Source of the DNA: an uncultured Sulfolobales archaeon
Lineage (GTDB): Archaea; Thermoproteota; Thermoprotei_A; Sulfolobales; NBVN01
Length of the DNA stretch: 64,000 bases
NCBI GenBank assembly: GCA_937949785.1
Contig: CALEDH010000008.1
Coordinates: 170,028 to 234,027 of the forward strand
Reading direction: 5' to 3'
Position numbers and translations under genes: made by a program. The stretch's first letter is position 1, and every line of letters starts with the position of its first letter. The notes beneath the pieces were generated by a model. It saw only the letters and a program-made list of their open reading frames with translations. It was not told the origin of the DNA and ran no database searches. Shown here one piece after another: positions 9,722-20,257 of this stretch.

Positions 9722-10894
9722 CTACCCTACGTGTTTAACCGAATATTCTTTAATTAAGTATTCCGATACTACCTCATCTCTTAATTCTACACCTAAGCCA
9801 GGTTCTTTAGGAGGTATTATGTAGCCGTTTTCTAATTCTATAGGTGTCCTCACCATGATGTTATGCATCTCCATAACGTTATACTCCTGGATTAAGAAAT
9901 TTGGACTGCATACATCAAGCTGTATTGTTGCTGCTAGAAGTACTGGGCCGAAGTACATGTGGGGCGCTATCGATGCGTAGTATGCCTCAGCTATGGCGGC
10001 TATCTTCTTAGATTCTAATATCCCACCACAGCGACCTACATCCATCTGAATTATCCGCGCTGCACGTTTCTGAAGTAGTTCTAAGAATTCAAACTTAGTT
10101 ACCCTGCGTTCACCAGCTGCTATGGGGATTCTAGTATGTGCTGCTACATAAGCCATCTCATCAACATTTTCAGGAGGTACTGGTTCTTCAAACCATAGAG
10201 GGTTGAACTCCTCTAACATCCTAGCAACTCTGATAGCGCTGTAGGTTGTAAGCTGTCCATGGGTACCTATACATATTTCAATATCATTACCTACAACATC
10301 CCTTATACTCCTAAGGATTTTCGCAGCATGGTTTATCTCATCTATTGGGATATCCCTAGGACTTGGATATATTGGTGGGAATGGGTCGAGTTTCAGAGCT
10401 TTAAACCCTTTCTTCATAACCTCAACTGCCTTCTCAGCAGCTTCTTCAGGTCCTAACTTCCTCCAACCCTCACCCTCCGGGATGTATGAGTAAGCTTTAA
10501 GCCTATCATTATAGATACCGCCGAGGAGGTTATATACGGGCTGATTTAAGTACTTCCCTATAATATCCCAGCAAGCTATTTCAATAGCACTAATAGCGGA
10601 CATCACTGTTAGGTCTGGATGTCTGAAGTCATGATCATAAGTATACATTCGATGCGTCAAGGACTCAATCCTAAACGGATCGGAACCAAGAACATAACGT
10701 CTACATAGATCCTCTAACAACTTAACGTTAGAAGCTTCCCTACCAATAGCAGCTAATTCTGTAAGCTCACCTAAACCCTCAAAACCCTCATCAGTAATGA
10801 GTTTTAAGAACGTCCAATAACGCCCACCCCTATAAGGTGGGAGGGTTTTAACTACAAATATTTCGAAATCGTTAATTTTCAGAACAATCACCAT
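9722..10894 (-). CDS. Enolase-superfamily acid-sugar dehydratase (mandelate racemase/muconate lactonizing family, galactonate/gluconate-dehydratase-like)
   Basis: The N-terminal capping domain 'KINDFEIFVV...FLKLITDEGFEGLGE' and the barrel-domain metal-ligand pattern ('KLDPF', 'WFEEP', 'QMDVGRCGG') fit the family. I prefer the start at ATG 10894; the ORF-track start at 10957 adds an atypical leader. Confidence 0.75.
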   Translation of the reverse strand: MVIVLKINDFEIFVVKTLPPYRGGRYWTFLKLITDEGFEGLGELTELAAIGREASNVKLLEDLCRRYVLGSDPFRIESLTHRMYTYDHDFRHPDLTVMSAISAIEIACWDIIGKYLNQPVYNLLGGIYNDRLKAYSYIPEGEGWRKLGPEEAAEKAVEVMKKGFKALKLDPFPPIYPSPRDIPIDEINHAAKILRSIRDVVGNDIEICIGTHGQLTTYSAIRVARMLEEFNPLWFEEPVPPENVDEMAYVAAHTRIPIAAGERRVTKFEFLELLQKRAARIIQMDVGRCGGILESKKIAAIAEAYYASIAPHMYFGPVLLAATIQLDVCSPNFLIQEYNVMEMHNIMVRTPIELENGYIIPPKEPGLGVELRDEVVSEYLIKEYSVKHVG

Positions 10895-11130
10895 GATAGA
10901 GTATAATTTAAGAGTAATAACTATTTTGCTTGAAGATTGCTTGGAGATGGTTCTCACCTATTTAGATTAGTCATTTCTACGATTGGCTGTAGTAATTATT
11001 ATTTTGGTAGGTCTTAATCATTACTAACCTTGTAAACTTCTATTTTGTACAGTAAGTTCCTCTCCGATTTACGAGTAGTTAAGCGTTTTTAGTCACGTTT
11101 TTAAGTCTTAGTTATTTATTACTGTAGGTA

Positions 11131-11982
11131 TTGATTGTGATTATATGTGACCGTGTTAAGGTGATCGCCGTAGTAGGTGCTGGTAAGATAGGTTCTGCTA
11201 TAATTAAGGCTATTAAGGAATGTTATAGTGATGTTAATTTAATAGCTACCGGTCGTAGAGATGTAACCTTAGAAAACGCTAAGTTATTAGGTGCGGAAGC
11301 AACTAGGAATAATAAAGAGGCTATTAGTAGGGCTGACCTCATAATACTTAGCGTTAAACCTCATCACTTCCCTATAATCGTTAAGGAGGTCGGGAAGGAT
11401 GTATGGGATGGGAAGATAGTTATATCGGTAATGGCTGGTATTAAGCTTAAGACCTTAAGTTCTGTATTACCTGGCGCTAAGATTTTCAGAGCTATGACGA
11501 ATATCAACACATCTGTTAGGAAGGCATCTACTGCCATATCAACTTTAGATGGTGATGAAAGTGATAAGGAGGTAGTTGAGGAACTATTTAAATGTTTAGG
11601 AACTATCTACTGGGTCCCTGAAGAATACATAGACATATGGACTGCCTTAGTTGGGAGCGGACCTGCATTCATATCTGAAATCGTAGATGCGTTAGTACTT
11701 GGCGCAGTAGCTTCTGGAATGCCTAGAGATATAGCATATAAAGCAATATTAGACGTACTTGAAGGGACTGCAGTACTTCTTAAGAACAGAGACGTACACC
11801 CAGCTGAGGTTAGAGATGAGGTAACCACTCCAGGAGGGACGACCATCAGGGGCTTAGCGGTAATGGAGTCTAGAGGGATTAAATCAGCCTTAATAGAGAC
11901 GTTAGAAGCGGCATACAAGAGATCGCGTGAGATAGGCAATGATATAGAGTTAAATATAAGGAAGGAGTTAAACATCAATTAG
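11131..11982 (+). CDS. proC: Pyrroline-5-carboxylate reductase
   Basis: Rossmann motif 'VVGAGKIGSAI' and the P5CR signature 'VTTPGGTTIRGLAVME'. An in-frame GTG at 11161 (MIAVVGAG...) is an alternative start. Confidence 0.85.
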   Translation: MIVIICDRVKVIAVVGAGKIGSAIIKAIKECYSDVNLIATGRRDVTLENAKLLGAEATRNNKEAISRADLIILSVKPHHFPIIVKEVGKDVWDGKIVISVMAGIKLKTLSSVLPGAKIFRAMTNINTSVRKASTAISTLDGDESDKEVVEELFKCLGTIYWVPEEYIDIWTALVGSGPAFISEIVDALVLGAVASGMPRDIAYKAILDVLEGTAVLLKNRDVHPAEVRDEVTTPGGTTIRGLAVMESRGIKSALIETLEAAYKRSREIGNDIELNIRKELNIN

Positions 11983-12062
11983 CTACGAATTAAATAGAAT
12001 TCTAAAACATTTTCATTTAAAAGCTTATAAATAGGTTACCCTAAGAACAATAAGGGTAAATT

Positions 12063-13061
12063 TTGAGTAGCGTTAAAAGTAGAGGTAAATATATCATTGT
12101 ACTAGCAGCAGTCATAATAGTGATTGCTGGGATTGCCGCATATTACATGACTTCAACCCCAACAACCCCTCAGATATCTCATGTACGGTTTATGGCCGGT
12201 GTTTCAGGTGGTGGTGGCTATCAATTCGGTACCGCGTTAATTAAGATTTGGCAGGGTAGGATGCCAGGGGTCACATATACGCTCGAGGCAACTCAGGGAT
12301 TCATAGATAATGCTAAGAAGATGTGCGGAGGTGTTGGTGAATTTGGGGTTGTATCTGCTGGTGAGGCTTTGAAGATCTTACGTGGTGAAGGATCTTATAA
12401 GGATTGCGCTTCTAAGGTATATGCTATTCTTCCGTTATTACCTCTTACCTACTTCCATGTACTAGTCCCAGCAGACTCTCCGATCAACTCATTGTCAGAC
12501 CTTAACGGTAAGAGGGTAAACATATTGACTAGAGGGTCTCTCACCGAACAACTTGCAACCCAGATCTTCAGCATCTTAAACATCAATATAGTTCCAGCAT
12601 ATTTAACGCATACTGATGCCGCCATCGCCCTATCTAAGGGTGAGATAGAAGCTGCTGCAACAACGACTTTCGCATCTCAGTATAAGGAATTAGCACTTAG
12701 TAGGAAGTTGAAAGTATTATCACTAACCTCTGAAGAGGTAAGTAAGATTAAAAGCGCGTTACCACATCTAAGCTTTGAGACATTTAACTTCAGCACACAG
12801 TATGAAGGCACGAACCCTGCTTTAGTGCCGGTTGATTGGACCTTAGTAGTAGCCCGCTCAGACCTACCTGAAAGTTTCGTATATAACTCAGTTAAAGCTA
12901 TCTATGATAACATAGGGTCTTTAGTGGAGTCCTACCCAGCGGCTAAGGATTTAAAGCCTGAGTTATTATTGAAGGCCCCACTACCACTACATTCAGGTGT
13001 AGTTAGGTATTATAATGAAAGAGGTATTAAAGTACCTGATGAGCTAATTCCTAAAAGGTAG
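12063..13061 (+). CDS. TRAP transporter solute-binding protein, TAXI family
   Basis: An N-terminal membrane anchor, then a TAXI-type periplasmic-binding pattern ('GGGGYQFGTALIKIW', 'LHSGVVRYYNERGI'). It lies directly upstream of the fused TRAP permease. Confidence 0.75.
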   Translation: MSSVKSRGKYIIVLAAVIIVIAGIAAYYMTSTPTTPQISHVRFMAGVSGGGGYQFGTALIKIWQGRMPGVTYTLEATQGFIDNAKKMCGGVGEFGVVSAGEALKILRGEGSYKDCASKVYAILPLLPLTYFHVLVPADSPINSLSDLNGKRVNILTRGSLTEQLATQIFSILNINIVPAYLTHTDAAIALSKGEIEAAATTTFASQYKELALSRKLKVLSLTSEEVSKIKSALPHLSFETFNFSTQYEGTNPALVPVDWTLVVARSDLPESFVYNSVKAIYDNIGSLVESYPAAKDLKPELLLKAPLPLHSGVVRYYNERGIKVPDELIPKR

Positions 13062-13129
13062 CCCGATTGCCGGTTAAGGTAAAACCAAAAGCTTTTTTTC
13101 CATCTCAGTTCCAGTTCTACTAGGTCTGA

Positions 13130-15007
13130 TTGGGAATGGATCTCTTATGGTTAGTTAGCAGGACTATAGCGATAGTGTATGGCCTAATATTCCTCTACAG
13201 CTTTCTGACATACACTTTTGACCCATTCTTACAGAACAGCTTATTCCTTCAGATGGTGTTTATCTTCGCCTACCTAAGGCTTATTAAAAAAGCGAGGTTG
13301 CTTTATATGAAGGTAGCGCTAGCATTACTGGCCATAGTTTCATTTATACCTTTAGCTTATATATCATTAAACTATGTTGATGTCGCTTATAGGGCTGGCA
13401 TACCTACACAAATTGAATTCGTGTTCGGTGTGGTAACTATAACAGCCGTAATATCGCTTACGTGGGTGCTAATAGGTAGGTTATTAGCAATTATTACGCT
13501 AATATTTATCCTGTACTCATACTTAGGTTACTATATTCCGGGTATGTGGGGCCATGGTGGTTACCCACTGAATATGCTTATAGGTTATTTCTATATGACC
13601 AGAGAGGGTTTATGGAGCATCCCGATGAGCATAGCTGCGACTTACGTCGTAGCTTTTAACATAATGGGTTCGTTGCTACACAGAATTAAAACTACTAAGA
13701 TAATTATTGATGGTCTTTCACCGCTTTCTAAAGTTAAAGGAGGGCCGGGAGTAGTTGCAGTCTTAAGTAATATGTTGTTAGGGATGGTCTCAGGCAGCGC
13801 TCCTGAGAACGCTGCATTAACTGGCACCACCTTTAAACCGCTGCTTAGCTCATACGGGTATACCCCAGAGAGGTCTGCTGCCATAATATCTACAGGAGCT
13901 GCTGGAGCTTTAATAATGCCGCCTGTTATGGGTGCTGCCGCCTTCTTAATGGCCGACCTCCTCGGAATTACCTATAGGGATATAGTTATAGCTGCCTTCC
14001 TGCCTGGGTTCCTTTACTTCGCAGCGTTAATGATTTACGTATATTTAGATTCATCGTCGTTAATAGCTAAAGGGATCCTTAAAAGCACGCTTAAGGTGGA
14101 ACGTCAGAGCAACTTTAACTTAATTAAGGATTATGGCCATACTTTAATACCATTAGTTGTTGTGACCTACTTCATATTACTGGGCTACTCACCTACTAGG
14201 GCCGCTATGTATGCCATAATCGCGTCGATAGCTGTATCACTTATTAAGAGAACTACTAGGTTAAACTTTAAGGAGTTCGTAGAGGCTATTCATGAGGCCT
14301 TAGATAGGGTTGTGTTCTTAGGAGTAGCAATAGCAGCGGCTTCTCTCATATACTCCTCAGTAATGATGACTGGCTTAGGACTTAAACTCTCCCTAACTAT
14401 AGAGTCGCTCTCAGCGGGTAATATCTTCATAGCGTTAGTGTTAATAATGGCTTCATGTATTATACTAGGGATGGGTTTACCGGCAACAGTAGCATATTTA
14501 ATTGTCGCTATTACTATAGCATCAGCCGTAGTTAAGTTAGGAATACCGCCTATTGCTGCTCATATGTTCATATTCTACTTCGCTACGTTTTCAACTATAA
14601 CACCTCCTGTAGCTCTAGCCCTATACACCGCATGCGGAGTATTCAACTCAGATATAATGAGGAGTGGTTATCACGCTATTAGGATGGCTTTACCGGCATT
14701 TATAGTGCCTTTTGTATTTGCTTTAAGGCCTTCATTGCTGGCGTTAGGCACGCCGTTAGAAATTACTACTTCATTTATAGCATGTTTAGCAGGATTTGTT
14801 AGTGCTGCTATAGCGGTAACAGGTTATTTCTTCAGACACATCTCTGTATTTGAGAGAATGGTTTATGGAGTCATTAGCATCTTAATATTACTCCCAGAGA
14901 CTACGTATTTAACAGATGTTATTGGAATTTTAATGCTGATAGCGATATCTACTGCTAACGTAATCTTCTATAGAGGGGAATTGAAACGTAGCCCCCTTAA
15001 AATATAA
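13130..15007 (+). CDS. TRAP transporter fused small/large permease (TAXI-associated 4TM/12TM fusion)
   Basis: A 625-aa polytopic membrane protein with the size and pattern of TAXI-TRAP fused permeases. It is adjacent to the TAXI binding protein. Confidence 0.75.
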   Translation: MGMDLLWLVSRTIAIVYGLIFLYSFLTYTFDPFLQNSLFLQMVFIFAYLRLIKKARLLYMKVALALLAIVSFIPLAYISLNYVDVAYRAGIPTQIEFVFGVVTITAVISLTWVLIGRLLAIITLIFILYSYLGYYIPGMWGHGGYPLNMLIGYFYMTREGLWSIPMSIAATYVVAFNIMGSLLHRIKTTKIIIDGLSPLSKVKGGPGVVAVLSNMLLGMVSGSAPENAALTGTTFKPLLSSYGYTPERSAAIISTGAAGALIMPPVMGAAAFLMADLLGITYRDIVIAAFLPGFLYFAALMIYVYLDSSSLIAKGILKSTLKVERQSNFNLIKDYGHTLIPLVVVTYFILLGYSPTRAAMYAIIASIAVSLIKRTTRLNFKEFVEAIHEALDRVVFLGVAIAAASLIYSSVMMTGLGLKLSLTIESLSAGNIFIALVLIMASCIILGMGLPATVAYLIVAITIASAVVKLGIPPIAAHMFIFYFATFSTITPPVALALYTACGVFNSDIMRSGYHAIRMALPAFIVPFVFALRPSLLALGTPLEITTSFIACLAGFVSAAIAVTGYFFRHISVFERMVYGVISILILLPETTYLTDVIGILMLIAISTANVIFYRGELKRSPLKI

Positions 15008-15073
15008 TTGAATTAAGTATTTTCGGATAATTAATAAATATTTTTAAGATGGCGTCCAGCTAATTATTATAGG

Positions 15074-15940
15074 ATGTATATGGGTTCAGGAAAACCTTAC
15101 AATATACTTGAATGTAGTTTTGTGGAGGTTCAGGAATGGCTTAAGGAGAGCGATGTTGTTTTAATACCTATAGGGAGTTGCGAGAAGCACGGCCCCCACA
15201 TCCCATTAGGTACTGATAGCTTCATAACGTTAGCGGTTGTTGAGAAAGCCTCTGAAAAGGCTGACGTACCTCATACCCCTCTAATACCTTACGGCTACTC
15301 ACCACATCATATGGGTGAAGTCAATAGGGGTTTTGGTTCTATAACACTTAGAGGGACTACGTTCAGATATATCATCTACGACATAGCGTTAAGTCTGGTT
15401 TACCACGGTTTTAATAAGTTGTTGTTCGTATCTCATCATGGTTCTAACACTAAGGTTATAGATGATGTGTTGAGAGCTGTAAGGTATAAGACAGGTGCGC
15501 TACCAGTTTGGTATAAAGTACCAACAGAACGTGATATTAAGTTAATTAAAGACTTACTTAGATCTAGGCCTGAAGAAGCTCCTGGATGGCATTCAGGTGA
15601 GGAGGAAACTGCTATCCTAATGTACTACAGACCTGAGTTAGTTAAGATGGAGCGAGCTCAGCCAAGAAGTATTCACGCCCCTAAGTGGTTAGGTGAGAAA
15701 TTCGTAAAGACCGACGGCACACCAACAATTGAGTTTATGGGTAGCGAGAACATATGGATCCCATTAGAACATCATGAGTATAGTGATAATGCTACGATAG
15801 GGAATCCCTTCATAGCAACTCCTGAAACTGGGAAATTACTAGTTGAGAGAATCTCAACACATCTAGCCGAGTTCTGCAAAGAACTTAAGAAATTAGATAT
15901 CAAGGCGCATACCAGAGATTTCGAAGACAGAGCTTTCTAA
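15074..15940 (+). CDS. Creatininase-family amidohydrolase (creatinine amidohydrolase / ArfB-like cyclic-amide or formamide hydrolase)
   Basis: Family motifs 'LIPIGSCEKHGPHIPLGTDS', 'HHGSN' and 'GWHSGEEET' are present. Confidence 0.75.
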   Translation: MYMGSGKPYNILECSFVEVQEWLKESDVVLIPIGSCEKHGPHIPLGTDSFITLAVVEKASEKADVPHTPLIPYGYSPHHMGEVNRGFGSITLRGTTFRYIIYDIALSLVYHGFNKLLFVSHHGSNTKVIDDVLRAVRYKTGALPVWYKVPTERDIKLIKDLLRSRPEEAPGWHSGEEETAILMYYRPELVKMERAQPRSIHAPKWLGEKFVKTDGTPTIEFMGSENIWIPLEHHEYSDNATIGNPFIATPETGKLLVERISTHLAEFCKELKKLDIKAHTRDFEDRAF

Positions 15941-15993
15941 ATATTCTCAAAAATATTTTCTCGAAGTCTGTAAATTAAGTTAGGTATTAAGGT

Positions 15994-17235
15994 ATGGGTA
16001 AGAAGGTCGTAGTGCTAGCTACATTAGATACTAAAGGATCTGAAGCACTCTTTATAAAGAATTCGCTCTTAGACCATGGAATAGAAGCCCTAATAGTAGA
16101 CCTGGGAATACTTGAAGAACCATCAATAAAGCCTGATATACCAAGAGAAGAGGTATTAAGAGAGGTATCAGTAGACCCCACTGAGTTCACCTATAAGGTA
16201 CGCTTAGGTAGTATTAGACGTGATGAAGCTATTAGGATTATGGGTGTAGGAGCTGGTAGAATACTCGTTAAGATGCTTAAAGAACTCGGCGGTGTTATAG
16301 GGATTGGCGGGAACCAAGGAGCTGCTGCAGCTTCAATAGCTATGAAGGCATTACCTATAGGCATACCTAAACTACTAGTATCTACTATTGCTTCAGGTAA
16401 TATAAGGCCTTACATAGAATATAAGGATATAATGATGTTGTTCTCGATATCAGACCTTGAGTTCGGGCCTAATACTATTTCAAAGACTGTGCTGACTAAT
16501 GCTGTAAACGCTATGGTTGGTATGGTTAGAGGTTATAGGGGTTTCGAAATCGATGAAACAGTTAAAAGGGTTGCAATAACTACGCTTGGTTCTACAGGGA
16601 GATTAACTAGGGTATGTGTTGCTAAGCTTAAGGAATTAAAGTATGAACCTATAGTATTCCACGCATCGGGTTCTGGCGGGTCTGCTATGGAGGAATTGAT
16701 TGAGAACGGGTTCTTCCATGCGGTATTAGATTTAAACCTCCATGAGTTAGTTGGTGAGGTAATTCCAGACGATATATATAAACCTATGAAGCCTAGGATA
16801 GTTAATGCTATTAGAAGAGGGTTGCCGTTAATTATAACTCCGGGAAGTATTAACTACCTAGTCTTCGGCCCGCCTGAAACAATACCAAGCAAGTACTTAG
16901 GAAGGAAGACACATTACCATAACCCATATAATACTAATGTAAGACTTACGAGGGAGGAATTACTAGCGGTTGCTGAGCACTTATGTAAGAAGTTTTCCGA
17001 TGTAAGTGGTAATGCAGTCTTAGTACTCCCGTTAGGAGGTTTTTCGGTCTTAGATGTTGAGGGGGGACCTCTCTACGAACCTGGTGACGATAAAATGTTT
17101 ATTGATATGATTGTAAGGGAGCTTGGTAAATCAATAGATATAGTGAAGGTTGAGAAGAACATAAATGATGTTGAAGTAGCCTATAATGTTTTGAAAAGCT
17201 TTAAGAATATGATTAGCTCTGACCAGGGTTTATAA
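15994..17235 (+). CDS. UPF0261 family protein (Tm-1-like ATP-binding domain)
   Basis: The N-terminus 'KKVVVLATLDTKGSEALFIK' and the ~410 aa length are typical of UPF0261. Confidence 0.7.
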   Translation: MGKKVVVLATLDTKGSEALFIKNSLLDHGIEALIVDLGILEEPSIKPDIPREEVLREVSVDPTEFTYKVRLGSIRRDEAIRIMGVGAGRILVKMLKELGGVIGIGGNQGAAAASIAMKALPIGIPKLLVSTIASGNIRPYIEYKDIMMLFSISDLEFGPNTISKTVLTNAVNAMVGMVRGYRGFEIDETVKRVAITTLGSTGRLTRVCVAKLKELKYEPIVFHASGSGGSAMEELIENGFFHAVLDLNLHELVGEVIPDDIYKPMKPRIVNAIRRGLPLIITPGSINYLVFGPPETIPSKYLGRKTHYHNPYNTNVRLTREELLAVAEHLCKKFSDVSGNAVLVLPLGGFSVLDVEGGPLYEPGDDKMFIDMIVRELGKSIDIVKVEKNINDVEVAYNVLKSFKNMISSDQGL

Positions 17236-17284
17236 GGGTTGCTAGGATATTAGAATATTGTGGTGAGGTATTTTGGAAGGTAAA

Positions 17285-18328
17285 ATGAAGGCCCTAATTA
17301 TACGTAAGCCTAAGGAACTTAATGTTGAGGAAGTGCCTATCCCTAAAATAAGAGAGGATGAAATACTTGTTAAGGTTAGAGCTGTTGGGATATGCGGCTC
17401 TGATATAGAAATTAAGAATGGTACGTATCCTGATTACATTGCCTACCCGATCATTCCTGGGCATGAGACTGCGGGGGAAGTAGTTGAAGTAGGGTCTAAC
17501 GTGCTTGGATTTGATGTTGGGGATAGAGTTGCTGTTGAACCTCATGGGGGATGCGGTCAATGTAGAAACTGTAAAATAGGTTATTACTCATACTGTTTAA
17601 ATTATGGTAAGCCGGGGCATAGAACGCTAGGATTTACGGTTAATGGTGGGTTTGCAGAGTACGTTGCAGCCCCAGCTAGGAACGCACATAAATTACTAGA
17701 TAATTTAAGTTTTGAGGAAGGAGCTATGGCAGTTTCTGCCGGGACGTCTATGTTCGGTGTCATGGAGATAGGTCTAGATCCGGGGGAAACCGTGGTTATA
17801 GTAGGGCCTGGACCTATAGGGTTAACATCATTATCAATAACTAAGGCATTAGGTGCTGGAACTACTATAATGGTTGGGACTAGGTGGGCTAGGTTAAACC
17901 TAGCTAAGGAGTTAGGTGCTGATATCTTAGTGAATGTGAGGGAGGGGCAGGACCCGGTTAAGATAGCTATGGACGTATCTGATGGTTTAGGAGTTGACTT
18001 AGTTATAAATACAACGCCTTCCGCAGAATCAGTCATACAGAGCGTGAAGATGTTAAGGAGGGGTGGTAGGTTGTTAATGTTGGGGATTACTTGGGAGCCT
18101 ACGCCGTTAGTCTTAGGTGAGATAGTAACAAAAGGTCTAACTATTAAGGGTACTAGAGGTGAGGCACGTAACGCCTTGGAACGAGTAATTAATTTAGCCT
18201 CAAGCGGTAAGATAGATTTGAAGAAGATCATAACTAACATCTTCCCATTAAGCGATGTGATAGAGGCATTTGAAGTATTTGAGAAACGTATCGGTGATCC
18301 TATAAAGGTTGTTGTCAAGCCAACATAG
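17285..18328 (+). CDS. Zinc-dependent medium-chain dehydrogenase/reductase (threonine/sorbitol dehydrogenase-like)
   Basis: Motifs 'GICGSDIE', 'GHETAGEVVEVG', structural-Zn cysteines 'CGQCRNCKIGYYSYC' and the NAD fold 'IVGPGPIG'. ATG 17285 (MKALII...) is preferred over the TTG at 17273. Confidence 0.8.
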   Translation: MKALIIRKPKELNVEEVPIPKIREDEILVKVRAVGICGSDIEIKNGTYPDYIAYPIIPGHETAGEVVEVGSNVLGFDVGDRVAVEPHGGCGQCRNCKIGYYSYCLNYGKPGHRTLGFTVNGGFAEYVAAPARNAHKLLDNLSFEEGAMAVSAGTSMFGVMEIGLDPGETVVIVGPGPIGLTSLSITKALGAGTTIMVGTRWARLNLAKELGADILVNVREGQDPVKIAMDVSDGLGVDLVINTTPSAESVIQSVKMLRRGGRLLMLGITWEPTPLVLGEIVTKGLTIKGTRGEARNALERVINLASSGKIDLKKIITNIFPLSDVIEAFEVFEKRIGDPIKVVVKPT

Positions 18329-18343
18329 TTAGGTGTTAGAGCT

Positions 18344-19450
18344 TTGAAAATCTATGATATAGATGTAGTTACGTTGAATATTAGGATGAGACTACCATAT
18401 AGAAGTGCTAAGAGGTCTGAAGTCATTGCTCAGCAATACCTAACCACTAACATAGTAAGGATTAGAAGTGATGATGGACTTGTAGGTTATGGGGAAATAC
18501 CATCAATACCGAGGATGTTTGAAACACCTGAAGTGATAGGCACACTTACTATCAGTAGGTTAAAGAACTTACTAATCAACTTAGACCCGTTTAACATTAA
18601 CGACATCATAACTAGTATTAGTAAGAAGTTTAAGTTAGGTGAGCAGATTATAGCTGGAGTAGAGATAGCGTTACATGACTTAATCGCAAAATATCTTAAC
18701 GTACCGCTATACAAACTCTTAGGCGGTAGGTTAAAAGGGAAGGAGGCTCCGCCATCCTCATTAATACCTCTTCTACCGCCTGAAGAGGCAGCTTTAGTTG
18801 CGGAGGACTATCTTAGGAATGGAGTTAAAGTACTTAAAATGAAAGTCGGGGATGATCCCTCATTAGATGTAGAGAGGGTTAAGAGTATTAGAGAAGCTGT
18901 AGGTGATAAAGTAGTATTAAACTTAGACGTCGGTGAGAGTTGGGGTACTGCGAAGAGATCCTTAAAGATGATAAGAAGATTAGAAAGGTATGGTGTTGAA
19001 TACGTTGAGCAGCCAGTCTTAGCTCATGATATTGAAGGGTTGAAGGAGGTTACGAGAGGTACGGAAATCACTGTAGTTGCTGATGAAAGTGTTAGACCTG
19101 AATTCATACTTAAACTAGTATCTGAGAAGGCTGCAGATATGCTCGCATTAAAGCCATTAAATAGTGGTATAATAACTACTAAGAAATACGCTTTAATAGC
19201 CTATGAAGGGGGATTAGACTGTAATATAGGTACTTACGTAGCTCAGACAGGGGTCCTAGATGCTGCAGGGATGCATCTCTTCATATCAACACCTAATATC
19301 ACTGTCAGTGAAGTAGGTAGGTCTGAAATATTACTTGAGGAGAACCCAATAACCGGGATTAAGTTAGAGGGAGGGTTAGTTAACATATTTGAAGAACCCG
19401 GGTTAGGGGTGAAAGTTAGAGGTGACTTAGACAGCTATAAACATAGATAG
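18344..19450 (+). CDS. Enolase-superfamily enzyme (MR/MLE subgroup: dipeptide epimerase / racemase / dehydratase-like)
   Basis: Capping domain 'GLVGYGE' and barrel motifs 'LKMKVG', 'LNLDVGESW', 'YVEQP', 'VADES', 'ALKPLNSG'. Confidence 0.7.
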   Translation: MKIYDIDVVTLNIRMRLPYRSAKRSEVIAQQYLTTNIVRIRSDDGLVGYGEIPSIPRMFETPEVIGTLTISRLKNLLINLDPFNINDIITSISKKFKLGEQIIAGVEIALHDLIAKYLNVPLYKLLGGRLKGKEAPPSSLIPLLPPEEAALVAEDYLRNGVKVLKMKVGDDPSLDVERVKSIREAVGDKVVLNLDVGESWGTAKRSLKMIRRLERYGVEYVEQPVLAHDIEGLKEVTRGTEITVVADESVRPEFILKLVSEKAADMLALKPLNSGIITTKKYALIAYEGGLDCNIGTYVAQTGVLDAAGMHLFISTPNITVSEVGRSEILLEENPITGIKLEGGLVNIFEEPGLGVKVRGDLDSYKHR

Positions 19451-19547
19451 TGAGTGATATATCTGATGAAATTTTATGAGGTCTATTAACTATTGGTTTG
19501 ACTTAATATTCAAAAATAAAATATTTTAGTTTGATTATCATGCTGGC

Positions 19548-20156
19548 CTACTCAAGTTTTTCTAGAAATTCTTTATGGGTCATTACCTCAGCAATTAATG
19601 GGAATAGCTTTACCTCAGCATATCTTTGTTCTTCCCATGAAGTAGCTGCAGTGCAGTCTTTAATTATTATAACCTTATAGTTTAGGTCGAACGCAGTCCT
19701 AGCTGTTGATTCAACACATACGTTTGTTAAGAACCCAGCTATCGCCACGTTCTTAATGCCTAGATACCTTAGTATTACGTCTAGATTCGTGCCGTGGAAG
19801 CCGTCAAGCCCTCTCTTCCCTTCTACGTATATGTCTATGTACGGTTTTAACTCATCAATGAACTCAACTCCTTCGGTCCCCCTCCTAAATACGCCTAACT
19901 TCTTAACATTAGCTTTAATCCCGAATTCCTGTCCTAGGTCTCTGTAGTCGCTTTCAAATATTACTGGGCATCCAACTATTAGGACTCCCCTCTCCCTAGC
20001 CTTTCTAACCAGTTCTACAGTATTTTCTATGACTTTATACTCCTTAAGTATTGTCTCAATGCCGGGATATAGTGGGAATCCTGGCTTGCAAAAGTCATTT
20101 TGGAATTCTATAAGTATTATTGCAGTTTCCCCTGCTTTGAAACCTATGGAAACCAC
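19548..20156 (-). CDS. Isochorismatase-family cysteine hydrolase (amidase)
   Basis: The family pattern includes the nucleophile context 'IAGFLTNVCVESTAR' and the N-terminal 'ALILIEFQNDF'-type strand. Confidence 0.8.
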   Translation of the reverse strand: MVSIGFKAGETAIILIEFQNDFCKPGFPLYPGIETILKEYKVIENTVELVRKARERGVLIVGCPVIFESDYRDLGQEFGIKANVKKLGVFRRGTEGVEFIDELKPYIDIYVEGKRGLDGFHGTNLDVILRYLGIKNVAIAGFLTNVCVESTARTAFDLNYKVIIIKDCTAATSWEEQRYAEVKLFPLIAEVMTHKEFLEKLE

Positions 20157-20257
20157 CGAAGTCTTATTGCCGTGATAAAATTTAACTTTTAATCATAATA
20201 AGTTACGTGATGAATTCTAATATATGAGTATTTATTTAAGTTATTCTATGGTGTATA

